Made by a program: the position numbers and the translations under genes. From Laetmonice hystrix (lineage: Eukaryota), in contig OZ249436.1 in assembly GCA_965235115.1 (NCBI GenBank), forward strand, positions 47,804,001 to 47,868,000: 64,000 bases of DNA, read 5' to 3'. Position 1 is the stretch's first letter. Each line of letters starts with the position of its first letter. A model generated the notes under the pieces. The model worked only from the letters and a program-made list of their open reading frames with translations. It did not search any database and had not been told where the DNA came from. Below are positions 35,344 through 50,300 of this stretch, piece by piece.

Positions 35344-38300
35344 TCAGGTATTAGATGTGATCACCTTTGACGTGGTTGAAGTCTGTGTGCCGGGAGAATA
35401 TTTACCCCCGGTTGGCGATCGCATGGGGGACCGTGCCGGGATGGGTGGGGGCGGTCCCCCTGGAACGCTGGAAGGTGGGGGCGGGGGACGGGGCGGGGCC
35501 GAGCCGGCCTGCTGCATGGAAAGGCCACAATATAGGCTACCGGTTTCACATGTTGAAAGTTCAGCGAGGCTCTGCGCTTGCCATACGGACACATAACACT
35601 CCTCAGACCTGTCCGTCGAATTTTTTTAAGTTTTAAGTCTTTTTAAGTTTTAAGTCGCGGATAGTGCATGGCGGTGCGTGTTTCGATTTTCTTATAGGCC
35701 TCCCGTGATAATGTCCCCGAGGCGCCGCCGAGAGCATTATATACGACATAAAGATGTCGCCCGTTTTTGACCTGTGCAACTCGAAAGAGCCTAGATCTAT
35801 AGTGATCAAAACTATCCTTTTCCTTATCAAAAAGAAGCAGGCTGTAGCGATATCCCCCCCCCCCCCCCCCCACGCGCGCGCGAAGATATAACTTATATAG
35901 GCTACCACGGCAGTTGCCGCTAGGGGCGTTTGCTTCAGTGTAGCGCATGCTCAGATCCGCGCCCCGGAAATTCTAAAATGTGGGAACTTTCAGAATACCA
36001 CACCGGCCAAGCTCATTTTCAACGGCAATATTTCCGCGTCACAACACGAGTATATCAAATAACCAGCGGGTTATGCTGCCTTTAGCATAAGATATAACAC
36101 ACACTATAGGTTATAGGTATGTAACACAACATGTTATAAGATCAGCTCATGTCCCAAGCAGTGCATATAGCGTGTTATTGAACGAGTAAATCCAAATAAT
36201 CTGCACACAGGGGTATGCTTTTTACGTCGTCTGTCCAGCGAACTGCGCTGCTCAATATCCAATGTTAGCTAATATTTGTGCCATTTTAAATGATAACCTA
36301 TAATCGCACTCTCCTGTTATACAAAGCAGCAGTCCATTATAAAAGCCCAGACCTCAATATCCTTTTCTAATAACTAGTTTTCAAAGCACATTTCACCATA
36401 CCAGTGTGTATAACATTATGGAAAGAGATTGCATAATTACCCCCGCTTTTTGACTATTATCAATCGCCCCTTTAACATCATCATAAGCCGCCCACTGCGA
36501 TTTCTTCTGATAATAAAAAAAGAAGAAGAAGAAAACAGTTGAAATAATGTTAAATTTAACTTCGGCTATCTCGCAGGTGAGTGATTCCTCTTAGCTCTAA
36601 ATCAGTGCGATGTGTTAAACAATAAAATGAAACATATAAAAATGTAGTTAGAAGCCCGCCACATTAGAAGATGAAAACGAAAACTGGAAGCTTCTCGAAA
36701 CAGGATCTTTCAGCGCACAGATACAGAGAATCCGGCATTCAATGTGCGATTCGTGAAAACCTTAAAACTGAAAGCTTCTCGAAACAGGATCTTTCAGCGC
36801 ACAGATACAGAGAATCCGGCATTCAATGTGCGATTCGTGAAAACCTTTTTTCTCGATGCCCTGTGACTTTTTTTCAGTACGTATGCGTAAACAACGAATC
36901 CTGACGTTTCAATTATTACATTTAGCCTTGAATAGCAATATCCGTGTTCTAGAAAAGGTAGCTTTATGGAAAATTAGAACTTAAAGGTGCTATTCGTGAA
37001 CAAAAATTCAATTTTTTTTATTTTTAATTTTGTTGACGTTTATGTGATCCCACCTATTATAGAAATAGATTCACAACAAAGGAAATCAAAATTTTTCATG
37101 GATAACGGCACAAATGGGGCTCTCTCAGAAGGGCTGTGGAGACCCTGACACGCCCCACCATAGGAAATGGCTCTATCTCGGTGCGCACCGAGATAGGTTT
37201 CAAATGCTGCACACAAACTAATAAAAGGTTTATCAGGCCAATGGTATCGGTAGGAATTTTTTCTAGTACTATGTGCACAATGTATGATAGGAGAAATGCC
37301 GTTCTGTGCGAGACGAATAGCACCTTTAATTACCTTTCCTACTTTTTTGTCATTTACTTATCGCATCATCCCGAAATTAAAAGAAACGGCAACAGCATTA
37401 AATTAAAAGAAATTAGAAAACAAATTTTCTCAAGTAACGCCCATGCAATGTTGAAGAGGAGAAAATAAATATCTCAGCAGGACATGAGAGCCAAAAGTTG
37501 CTCCTTGCATGTAGACTGAATACCGGTATTATGTATTAGTTTTGTGTATAGAACCATTGAAATTAGCTTGACGGATGGCCTACATCAAAGAGATGCAATA
37601 CCCGCTATTTTGTGAAATCCTAGATGTATTATGGAATTTCTAACACAAACACCGAATTTAGCACGATTAGATCATCTAATGATTACACTGCCCAACTGTT
37701 AGATTTTCTAAACTTTAGATTATCCCATGATTAGTTTGGTCCATGATTAGCTTTTCCCATGATTATACCACCTAACGATTAGATTTTCCCATTTGTACAT
37801 TACCCCATGCTTGCATTACCCCATGCTTACATTACCCCATGCTTACATTACCCCATGCTTACATTACCCCATGCTTAGATTGACACATGATGATATTGCG
37901 TGGAGATTAAATTTCCCCAAGTTTATATTCCCTTATGATTATATTGCCCCATGATTATATTGCCCTATGATTATATTTCCCCATGTTTAGATTTCCCCAT
38001 GATTATATTGCCCTATGATTATATTTCCCCATGTTTAGATTGCCCCATGATTATATTGCCCTATGATTATATTTCCCCATGTTTAGATTACCCCATGATT
38101 ATATTGCCCTATGATTATATTTCCCCATGTTTAGATTGCCCCATGATTATACTGCTCTATGATTTCACTGACCCTTGCATACACATGAAATAGGAAAGAG
38201 TGATATGAATTTTAAAAACGAAACAATGATACTGAGAAAAACCTAAAACTTAGGTCATCCACTACTAAATATTATCATAACTTTCTAATCACAGACCTAA

Positions 38301-41300
38301 AACTTTCTAACAATCAGTATTGTGCTTTAAAGTTCCATTCTAACAACTACTATAACTGACGGATGGGGTGCTTGGCCGGGTCTTTTCAAACTCATGCTCT
38401 CGCTAAAGCTTAAACTTAAGCCTTCAGTCTGCCTTGCTGGAACCAGCTGAAGCCTTAAGCTTAAGCCAGATTTGAAGTTTACAAAACCGGGCCACTGTGA
38501 TGGTGGGAAGAGAAAGCAGCTTACAGGCGGTGTCAGTGCTGAGAGGTAAGTACCACTGCTCTTCACGGAGGCTGGCTGAAAACATAAGCAAAAGCATCTT
38601 CATGCTCTACGGTCTGTAACGATCCGGGCCGAAACTTAGACCAGCCTTAATTGTAACAGCAAGGTGCAATATGACACGTGCAATATGTCAATGACACGTG
38701 CAATCTGACCGCTCTTATAAACTTCATTGATACGGTTCCAACCACGCAGAGGTCATACGAGAGGGAAAGAAACGATGACCGCTATGTGAACCACTTACCA
38801 GGAAATGACATCATAATGATGTGATAATCGTACCAATTAAAATCTAACATAACAATTGCTTTCATATACAAGGCAGACATTCAATAAAGATTGACATTTA
38901 TGGAGTGAATTAAAGCATGCTAAATGTTAGAAAGGACTTATTGGGCGAGTTTTGTTAAGTTTTTTTGTTAATGCGCTATGCCTACTGGGAACGCTAGTAC
39001 TCCCATATCTGATCTCATCTGTGACGGCATGCAGGGCTGGGAAAGGGGCACACTAGTTAACAAGGGTTTCTCGTTTGGGTTCAGAGTTAGCCCACAAAAT
39101 TCAGAGGTGGATCTTATCTGTTCCAAATATCATTTTTTAATGTACAAGGCTGCATTTCGCGGAAAATGATGAAAGAAAACTTGTCACATGCATGAACTAC
39201 GAAAAGCGACGTTCTATGAAGCAGCAGCAGCAGGCCCATAACGAGCCGATGGTACCTTACTCATTGGCGCAATATAAGGCGGCCTGCTTTCAAAGGGGCA
39301 TTTACCTCACTTCAACAAGACTTTTACAGGGAACTTTAGGCTTTTATGGCATCGCATGTGGCGACGGTTCTTAAACGAAATTTATTTCTTGTGAATTTCA
39401 TAGTTTATGAAGTAATAATATAATAATTATTTCTAAAATTTACTAAGAATTATATGCTTATGTATGTGAGAGAGAAAGTATCCAGCTGAAGTAAGGCTGG
39501 TGCCCCAAGCAAATGGCTACTATTGGATCAGCTACGTATCTACATCATTTACCGCGTATCTCCTGGACGATTTCTAGAGGGGGAAAAAGATATCCTCTTT
39601 GTTACACTGCGAAATGATCTCGACTAATGACTTTAAAAAACACTTACCAAGACAGCAATGAGGTCTGAGCATAGATTATTACACTCCAAGTTCTAACTCA
39701 AAAGCAGCTCATTATAATAGCTTCGAGTCTACAAAACGTCCTACTCTGAATAATATTCAAAGTTCTAATCATCACTTTTTATTAAATTATGGTAGGAGTC
39801 AGCGACAATGAGAGGCGTCAGTCACATGATATCTGACTGTCCTGACCCCGTGACCCCGGCGTGACGTACCTTCTCGTCGATGTCAAGGTACTGTCGGTCC
39901 TCGTCGCCGAGTAGGTCCCAGTAATCGCACTGTCCGTCCTCCTGGCCACACGGTTCGCCCAGACACCCGGACCAGTTGGAGAGTTTGTTCTACAGCCATA
40001 GCAAACAAATTCAATCAAATTAACAAAAAGAAACCCCCTAAATATAATGTAGTTCCAATAGTAGTGTTTCTCTTTAAGATCACGATTTCGGCTTTTAGAT
40101 CGCGAATTTCGCTTTACGTTTGCGATTTTCGCTTTAGGATGGCGAATTCTGAGTTAGAAGCGATGATTTTGTGTGAACGCGGCTCACCCTGCGGTAGAAG
40201 CTGACGAGGTCCTGCAGACCTCGATGTACACGAGGTTCACCCAGTATTATGTACTTCCCACTCGGTGTCTGGTCAATCATGTAATGCCGACATCGGTCCT
40301 CGGCCCTGAGACATAATGAAACAGGAACAGCATTCACAATATTCTTACCCTTCTGTCGACGGTATCTAAATCTGATTTATTCAGGAATCTTCGTATTCCT
40401 TCATATTTCTAGTACATGATGCAGGCCTTTGCTGACCTTGCCGAATTCGTGCCATAGTATTCACAGAAATGACCTCAAGATTCGTAAGCAATCATGTGAT
40501 TAACTTTTTATTAAAAGATGCGGTGATAAAGAGTTAACTGATACCGGAAGTAAAGAGTTAACTGATACAGGAAGTAAAGAGTTAACTGATACAGGAAGTA
40601 AAGAGTTAACTGATACAGGAAGTAAAGAGTTAATTGATACAGGAAGTAACGCAATGTCATCCAACTCACTTGAAGGACAGAGAATACCCAAACCGACTCT
40701 CACTGACCCGGATGAGGAAATGGCCGACTGGTTTTGACTGGAGTAACCTTTCAGCCTCCCTGGAAAACAATCATCCAACATTATCAACGTTAAAATCAGC
40801 CCAATAGGTAACCATCCCGAATACCCCACCCCGACCTCAACCCCAGCCTCCTTACCGGATACAACGGAAATTAACTACTTCAGCTGGGAAACTAACTAAC
40901 TGTTGAGAAAGCAATGACAGCGCCGAGTATACCTTCTCGTGATGATTCCATGGAACCACTGAGCGAACTGTCCCGGGGCCTCCTTGATCTGAGGTAGCTG
41001 AGTGTCCTTGAACCAGCTCAGGGACGCTGTCCGTGACCCCGCCCGTGACCTTCGGGTACTTGGGGACGCCGGAAACGGGAGCTGACAGAGGAACATAACT
41101 ATCAGAAACTCAATCTCAACTCCACAGTAAATGCTACTGCTTTCGATTTATTCATATATTCATTAACTTAATCTTATCTTACTATGAATTTCCTTTGGTA
41201 TAGTGCATAGTTTGCATTCTGACAAGGACCAAAGCGGTACCTTTACTTTCTTACGACCTTGTGTGCGGGAGCAGTTTAACCCCCTAACCGCCCCCCCCTA

Positions 41301-44300
41301 TCCGCCATTGCAGTGGGTAATTTGATGAATGAGACAGAGATGAGTACAAACCCGTCCGTTGGCATTTGGTTGTGGAGATGTCGGGATGGGTGGGGGCGGA
41401 CCCGTGTCCTTCTTGGTGAAGTGATCTGTCATGAAAACAACTCGTTAGATCATGTACTCATAGCAACAGGTAGAGCTTTAGGTCATGTACTCATAGTCAC
41501 AGCAACAGGTAGAGCTTTAGATCATGTACTCATGGTCACAGCCAACAGGTAGAGCTTCAGATCATGTACTTATGGTCACAGCCAACAGGTAGAGCTTTAG
41601 ATCATGTACTTATGGTCACAGCCAACAGGTAGAGCTTTAGATCATGTACTCATGGTCACAGCCAACAGGTAGAGCTTTAGATCATGTATTCTTAGTCACA
41701 GCAACAGGTAGAGCTTTAGATCAGGTACTCATGGTCACAGCCAACAGATGGAGCTTTAGAAGATATCGTTGGCAAAGATATCTTTTGATATTGAAATGCA
41801 CCGGTTTCTTAAGGCCATCGCCCAACTTTGACGTCACGTGGTCCAAAAGAACGTTATAATACGCTTCAACCGTTATTTTCGTTTTGAGTCATAATCAGGG
41901 CGGCCAGTTTTACTGGTGGAGGAAACCGGAGTGTACGGGGAAAACCACCGACCGTACAGCAAGTAACTGACAAACCTTCTCTCGAAGAGGGGCAAGAGGA
42001 AACATCAGAGCGGATTACACCTTCCATCACAAAGTAGACTTTTACCTTTAGGAATCTTCTTATCATCAGCAATCTTCTTGTTTTGGGTATTGCTCCAATC
42101 GTCGCCCTTCTGTTGGACTTCCTTCAGGAGAGCGGCAGCCTCGGCAGCCTTGCGGACCACCTCTTCCCGCCTCCTCTGTACCCGTCTCCGGGCCAGGAAC
42201 CCGCGAACACCTGGAAACACGGTCAGTATTATACCACCCGGCTTCAGGGGTAAATTCTACCAGTCTTGTCACCTCAACATTTCTTATAGTGCGGCCTCTG
42301 TATAGTCTAATACAAGTAGGCACCCTACCTACAGTGTTGGTGGTGGGGGCTTACGAAAGTGTGTGTAACAAAACAAAAACTGACTGGGTGTTCATCCCTG
42401 AGATTGTGATGACTGATGTATATCAGTTTCAAGGGAGTCTAGAACTGGATTCATTGAAACTTTGTGAAACAGGCTGACGCTGACGTTATGTATAAGTGTT
42501 CATGCAACAGAAACCACCAATTCATTTATTTTCTTTCCATGTCATTGTCTGCGTGTTTCTACAAATGCTGGGTTTATTAATCCGTCTATTATACAAGAAT
42601 ATCATGAGAATTGTTTCAGTACATCGTTTCTAAAAACGTAAATGGGCGAACAACTCACCTGTCTGGATGACTATGACATACTTGGCCATTCCATCGACTA
42701 CCTCCGCGAGTTTCTCTAGATGCCAATATTTCAAAAACACCTTCGTTTTCCTGAAGAATATGGGTGTTGTATAACCATCAGCAAAATCTGATTCTCTTTA
42801 GGCACAACAGTAAAATTTGATTATCTTTATATATATAGATATATCAATAATAATCGTTGACCAAACGGTAACTAAGCCCCTATATACATGACCTTCAGTC
42901 TAAATCACAAGCGTATAAAGACATACCAAGTTCATCCTTCACTTTGTGTTTGTGTCGGTTGAGCATTGAAATCTCCCTTTGCTACATGCACGGACCGCAA
43001 GTTACCAGAATGTTGGCATGTGTATGAAAGCTGACAGTGACGTGACGAGATACGTACCCGATGTGCCAGCCGGAGATCTTGCTTTCATTGAGTATCACCT
43101 GGCAGGACGCAGCTGTGGCTGGCATTGACAGCTGGCGGGTAATTATCTGATATCTGTAACATCACACAGCAACACTGAATATTATCACTGTGACATTCCT
43201 GGGGGAGAGGACACACTATGACTACCCATCACACAGCAACACTGAATATTATCACTGTGACATTCCTGGAGGAGAGAACACACTATGACTACCCATCACA
43301 CAGCAACACTGCATATTATCACTGTGACATTCTTGGGGGAGAGGACACACTATGACTACCCATCACACAGCAACACTGAATATTATCACTGTGACATTCC
43401 TGGGGGAGAGAACACACTATGACTACCCATCACACAGCAACACTGAATATTATAACTGTGACATTCCTGGAGGAGAGGACACACTATGACTACCCATCAC
43501 ACAGCAACACTGAATATTATCACTGTGACATTCCTGGGGGAGAGAACACACTATGACTACCCATCACACAGCAACACTGAATATTATCACTGTGGCATTC
43601 CTGGCGGAGAGGACACACTATGACTACCCATCACACAGCAACACTGGATATTATCACTGTGACATTCCTGGGGGAGAGGACACACTATGACTACCCATCA
43701 CACAGCAACACTAAATATTATCACTGTGACATTCCTGGGTGAGAGGACACACTATGACTACCCATCACACAGCAACACTAAATATTATCACTGTGACATT
43801 CCTGGGTGAGAGGACACACTATGACTACCCATCACACAGCAACACTGAATATTATCACTGTAACATTCCTGGGGGAGGGGACACACTATGACTACCCATC
43901 ACACCGCAACACTGAATATTATCACTGTGACATTCCTGGGTGAGAGAACACATTATGACTACCCATCACACAGCAACACTGAATATTATCACAGACATTC
44001 CTGGAGGAGAGGACACACTATGACTACCCATCACACCGCAACACTGAATATTATCACTGTGACATTCCTGGAGGAGAGGACACACTATGACTACCCATCA
44101 CACAGCAAGACTGAATATTATCACTGTGACATTCCTGGAGGAGAGGACACACTATGACTACCCATCACACAGCAACACTGAATATTATAACATGGAGGAG
44201 AGGACACACTATGACTACCCATCACACAGCAACACTGAATATTATCACTGTGACATTCCTGGAGGAGAGGACACACTATGACTACCCATCACACAGCAAC

Positions 44301-47300
44301 ACTAAATATTATCACTGTGACATTCCTGGGTGAGAGGACACACTATGACTACCCATCACACAGCAACACTGAATATTATCACTGTGACATTCCTGGAGGA
44401 GAGGACACACTATGACTACCCATCACACAGCAACACTGAATATTATCACTGTGACATTCCTGGAGGAGAGGACACACTATGACTACCCATCACACAGCAA
44501 CACTGAATATTATCACTGTGACATTCCTGGAGGAGAGGACACACTATGACTACCCATCACACAGCAACACTGAATATTATCACTGTGACATTCCTGGAGG
44601 AGAGGACACACTATGACTACCCATCACACAGCAACACTGAATATTATCACTGTGACATTCCTGGAGGAGAGGACACACTATGACTACCCATCACACAGCA
44701 ACACTGAATATTATCACTGTGACATTCCTGGAGGAGAGGACACACTATGACTACCCATCACACAGCAACACTGAATATTATCACAGACATTCCTGGGGGA
44801 GAGAACACACTATGACTACCCATCACACAGCAACACTGAATATTATCACTGTGACATTCCTGGAGGAGAGGACACACTATGACTACCCATCACACAGCAA
44901 CACTGAATATTATCACTGTAACATTCCTGGCGGAGAGGACACACTATGACCCCCCACCCCTCTCTAAAACTGCTCATTACAAAAACAGGGCGTGTATGTT
45001 TATCAAGCAGTGTACCGCGTTATTACAACCATTAAAAGAAAAGACTATCGCCAGGCCAGGCACACATGCCGTGATATTCTAAGCAAGTTAAAAAATATTT
45101 GAACACAATTGGTGCTCAGATAGTTAAGATATAGGCACTTTAGTGCCGGAGGCTTCTTACAACCTGCTCAGCTGGTGAAGGCCGCCATTCACCGTCTGCT
45201 CCTTGGGCTAATCTCAAACTGCGCATGATCGCCCTAGGCGAGCATGCGCAGCACGACTGCTCTCCAGTTTGGGAGGAACTAAAAACTGACGCACCTGTTG
45301 CGTTGATCGATTTGGAAGGCAGCGAACGTTGACAGCTTATAAGCAAAATTTGTTAGAACATAGACGAAAACCATCGATAGTGATGAGGAATGGCTAGGAA
45401 AAGCCTACCGATATCAGGGGACATATCAGGGTGGACACGGATCTGGGCAGCCGTGGGTTTCGGCCGCCTGCATTCGTCCCACTCGTATTCGTGCATTCGT
45501 GTGATGTTGACAGGAGCTCATGGCCCCTGAGGCCCGGCGCCACTCTGACTACGACCGCGAGCAATAGCAGCTAGTGTCAGCATGGTCAGCACAGACCTGC
45601 TGCGCTTAGTTGTGACAGTGACTGTGACTGTGGGACTGACCCCCGTCGATTTGCCACCCGCCTCGGCTGCCTTTAGCCTAGTATAGCCTAGCCCTGGCAT
45701 GCAAAAGATTAGCCCTAGAACGTCACTTCCGGCCAGCCCAATAGCAACAAATGGCTGCGCTGCTGAAGCCAGTGATTTTGACACGGTTGTCATGTTCAAT
45801 ATATGACTTCTTGGAATAGGGGGACATTTATTTCCAACCACTACTGTGAAAGGTGAGTATATATAGAGGCCTTGCAGCTGTCCAAATGTGATTTTTGACT
45901 AGACTTCTCCTTTAAAGTAATATATCACCCTTCTTGAAATTTGTCACACAAGTAGGCCTATAAACTCCTTGCCCTTGAGAATGTACTGAAGGTTATAAAC
46001 ATAGGTTTGTCATGATTAAACACACATACTTGTCCACAAATTCTGCAAATGTAGGCCGGACAGCAAAGCCTTCACGCCGGATTTTGGTCGTCTCCAACAT
46101 ACCGGTATAGAGGAGCTAAAGATTTAAACATAGAATGAGTTACAGCGGAGAGATCTTCACATAAAGGTCATAATAAATTAAGAGGAAAAAAGTCCTAAAA
46201 TCTTTCATTAGGCTATCATTGTTCCAGAAGGACACCAAATATATTTTTTGAAACCTTTTACATAGATAAATTAGTTTCTTTCTGTTAACCCATTCTGAAG
46301 TATTTCTGTGAGAGAAATATCTTTTGTTGGTTATTTCGACGGGTTGTGAATTGGCCATCACCTGAGCTTCCACGAACTCGTCATCAAAGATGCTGGGTGC
46401 CTTTTGGTTGTTTGGTTTGATGCAGCGGATAAAGACAGGTTCTGCAGCCGTCATCTTCTCCATCAACACTGTCAGAGAGTTCTGATAGAAAACAACATTA
46501 CTGTTACTCGGGTAGTGGGTCAGCACATCCAGGGTGCCTGTCCTTGGTACATGGAAAAATCTCTACGTCGTACTTAAAAAAAATAAATTAAGGAGAGAAG
46601 AAAAAAGTCATGTTTCTCAAATTAGGCCGATCACTAGGCTTACCTTAAACTGAGTGCTGACAGACATCTTGCGTTCCTTGGCACTTGTAGCAGGTTTTAT
46701 TGGCTAAAAGAAGAATTCGATTATTATGAATTTCACTGTTTGCTTGTACTTAGACCTATCTTTCATGGCAGGCCGGTTAGAATCACTACCAATGGAACGA
46801 TGGGTCTGATTCACTAAGGCGAATTTCCTTGCGACGTTCATGCGATTTGGATATCGACCTTTTATTTGACTGATTTTGAGATTTACGAATGGAACCCATT
46901 TCTTGAAACAGGGAAGGCCAGCCAGGCAAGATGTCAGAGTGAAATTTCACGATTAAATCAGAAATCGCATGGACAGCCGCCTTAGTGGATCAGGCCCTTT
47001 TGACGTCATGAAACGTTACTACCCCGGCCCCAGCATTAGCAGAAAATGTCTGAATACCCTTGACCCAATTGTTTTCAGGTCAATAATAATTTTCTCCGTA
47101 GTTTGCCCACAGTAAATCCTACAGATGACGTAGCGTTCCTACATTGCGTACTACCCGTGATGACATCCCACTGTCCATGTCTGATAGAGCCAGGGTGCCC
47201 GTCCTGGTGATCTTACCTGGAATAACATAAAAGAAATTTTACAAGGGAACTGCATTAAATCGTTTTATTTGTTTATATTTAAATGTAGTCTCGAATGAAT

Positions 47301-50300
47301 CCACACTTAGGAATATTATTATTTTCTCAGAATTGCTGGGCACGTTATATTTCTGTATACTATTCTGTATACAAACCTTATCCGATAATTTTCTACAAGA
47401 ACTACAATCACCTACGATCAGAATGGAGCAAGCTCTTGTCTATTTTGAACCATAAAACCTAGTCATTGGGTTTAGAACTTACCCCTGAAGATGAGTTTGA
47501 GGAGAGTGTTGTTGCTCTCTTGTAACATCTCCATCACACCTGGTGGCATCGTGTCGCGATTCTTCTCTAGCCAACCGGTCGCGTCATATTTCACCTGGTA
47601 TGTCACATTAGTCCATTGTATATATCAAATAATTAAACCAGGTAATACTTGGTAAATCACATAAGTTCATTGTATCTCTCAAATAATTAAACCAGGTAAC
47701 ACCTGGTACCGGTAAATCGCATTAGTCCATTGTATGTCTCAAATAATTAAACCAGGTGACACCTGGTACCGGTAAATCACATTAGTCCATTGTATTTCTA
47801 AAATAATTAAACCAGGTAGGACCTGGTAAATCACATTAGTCCATTGTATTTCTCAAATAATTAAACCAGGTAACACCTGGTACCGGTAAATCACATTAGT
47901 CCATTGTATGTCTCAAATAATTAAACCAGGTAGTACCATTATCACATAAGTTCATTGTATCTCTTAAATAATTAAACCAGGTAACACCTGGTACCGGTAA
48001 ATCACATTAGTCCATTGTATGTCTCAAATAATTAAACCAGGTAGTACCTGGTAAATCACATTAGTCCAATGTATTTCTCAAATAATTAAACCAGGTAGGA
48101 CCTGGTAAATCACATTAGTCCATTGTATTTCTCAAATAATTAAACCAGGTAGGACCTGGTAAATCACATAAGTTCATTTTATCTCTCAAATAATTAAACC
48201 AGGTAATACATGATAAATCACATTAATCTATGGTATTTCTCTATTAATTACACCAGGCCATGCCTGGAAATTACATTAGTCCAAGGTAATACCCGGTAAT
48301 GACATTAGTCCATGGTATTTCTCTTATAATTGCACCTTAGGTAATTAGCAAAAGGTATAAATACCTTACATTCAGAGACTTAATTCACGTTTCACGACAC
48401 GCGTTGCAACAGTTAGGCCTAACCCTCTTCTGTGTAAACCAACAACTTTTTAAATGTACATTTATGATTTTACTTTTCTACGCGACCTCTGGATGGTTAT
48501 CAAAGCATACTTACATCCCCAGCATAGTGTTTGATAGTGAAGATTGTTGAGTTAGATTGTGGCGACTTGAAGTAGTTTGCATTATCATCAAACTTATTGT
48601 TCAATTTGTCAACAAAAGACTGATCGGAACCCTGTGAAATAAAGAAAACAGAAAAAATGTTACAATTCTCCTGTCTGCGGTTTATAAAGAATAGCCAACA
48701 AGGATCTTACTCAGACACAAGGTATATCAACACAATACAATACAATAGGTATCTTGTACATAAAGTGTTTCAAATGATCTATGAGTGATTTATTGTGGTT
48801 AAAAAAAGGAAAAGACGAAGATTTAGAACAGACTTAGACATTATAAAGGGTAGTGCACGTTTTTCTCTGAATCCTCATCACTATATCATATCCGATTTAC
48901 TGAGAAATGCCTTCATGTGCCTACATCTGGTAAGGCACTTTACATCTGTCTAAGTCACAAGGTAACAAGTTTTTAATCCAGGCAGCCGTGTAATATCGTG
49001 TAATTGTGTAATAATGAACGTTTACATTGGGAACAATGCTCTCTTCATCCAGCAGGCTGAGCAGACCAATAGGTCGGGCTAGGAACAGTTCCAGGATGGG
49101 TCTGTTGTCCACAAACTTTATCTCTCGCCAATCCACTCCCTCCTTCTTGTACTCTTCTTGTTCCAACATGAAGATGTGCTGTAAAAGGACATACTTGTCA
49201 ATTAAACACCACAGACTTTACGGCAGGTAACTCAACACAAACGGTTCAGTTACAAAGGGTACAAACAAACGGTAGGCCTATTCGGCCCAAGAGGTGAAAA
49301 ACCGTGCGATCACGAGCCGGGACCGTATAACACTAAACCACCGCGGCCCACCCAGAGTGATGGGAAGTAGCTATTTATATAATCATAAATGATGACATAT
49401 TGCATATAGAGGACTTTATATAATTCTAGAGATTCTAGAGATTTTAAGAGTCTGACATGCTTAAGGCACGGTTTACACTCGAATGTTTGAAAGTACTTTC
49501 TGTAACATCAAATCTCTTCTATAGGTAAGTATAAGCTTTTATGACTTTAGGGTACGATAGAATAAAAACGTGTACTTTACGCGGAAACAAGCACTATTCG
49601 CTAACCTGATTGAAGAAGAACTGAAGTTGTTCATTAGCCAGGTTAATGCAGACTTGTTCGAAGCTGTTTTTCTCAAACTGTTCAAAGCCGAATATATCGA
49701 GGATTCCTATTTCTTGCATGTCTTCAGGTTTCAGCAGTTCCTTGGCAGCCAGTAGTTGGTTCACCTTGTTGATGATCCAACCAAACAAGCGTCCATAAAC
49801 AGCTTTGGCGACGGCATCACGCGAGTCTGTCAAACAAAAACAAAACTATATAACATCCGGCAAATGGTGATCTTATTCTACACAATATTCCTCAAAATAT
49901 GTCGAGTTCGCATCCAATTATATATAATTGACTACTTCTGCACATTTTGTGCGCTTTCTTATTTTATTATAAGACGATTTTGTATTTCACAGTGCTGTAA
50001 ATCAGTTTTTATATACAGTCACCGACCCCCAACAAACCATGCACAACCGCTATCCTATATTCTTCATCGCTATTTCAATTGAATAGAAGGGTCCGCAAAT
50101 ACACTCTTAGGGTATAGTTTAAAGGAGGGCGTCAAAGTTACCAGCCCTCGCGCAGCAAGTTTGATCGACTCTGATCGAAGTTCTAAATTATCTTATACTA
50201 AAAAAACACCGTATATTCTATGTTTTGTTTGCTCTAGCTGTAAAAAAGCTTTAATGTACTTTACGGTCACGGGTCAAAGAATATGGCCTATGTACGTACT

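Noticed and set aside
39648..39664. 17-nt myosin micro-exon with gtaagt donor
   Set aside because: Weak acceptor and it breaks the phase of the flanking exons.
43160..44951. Regular arrays here and at 2720, 20727, 47595 and 56247 as CRISPR
   Set aside because: Head-to-tail units with no unique spacers, no cas genes, intronic eukaryotic context.
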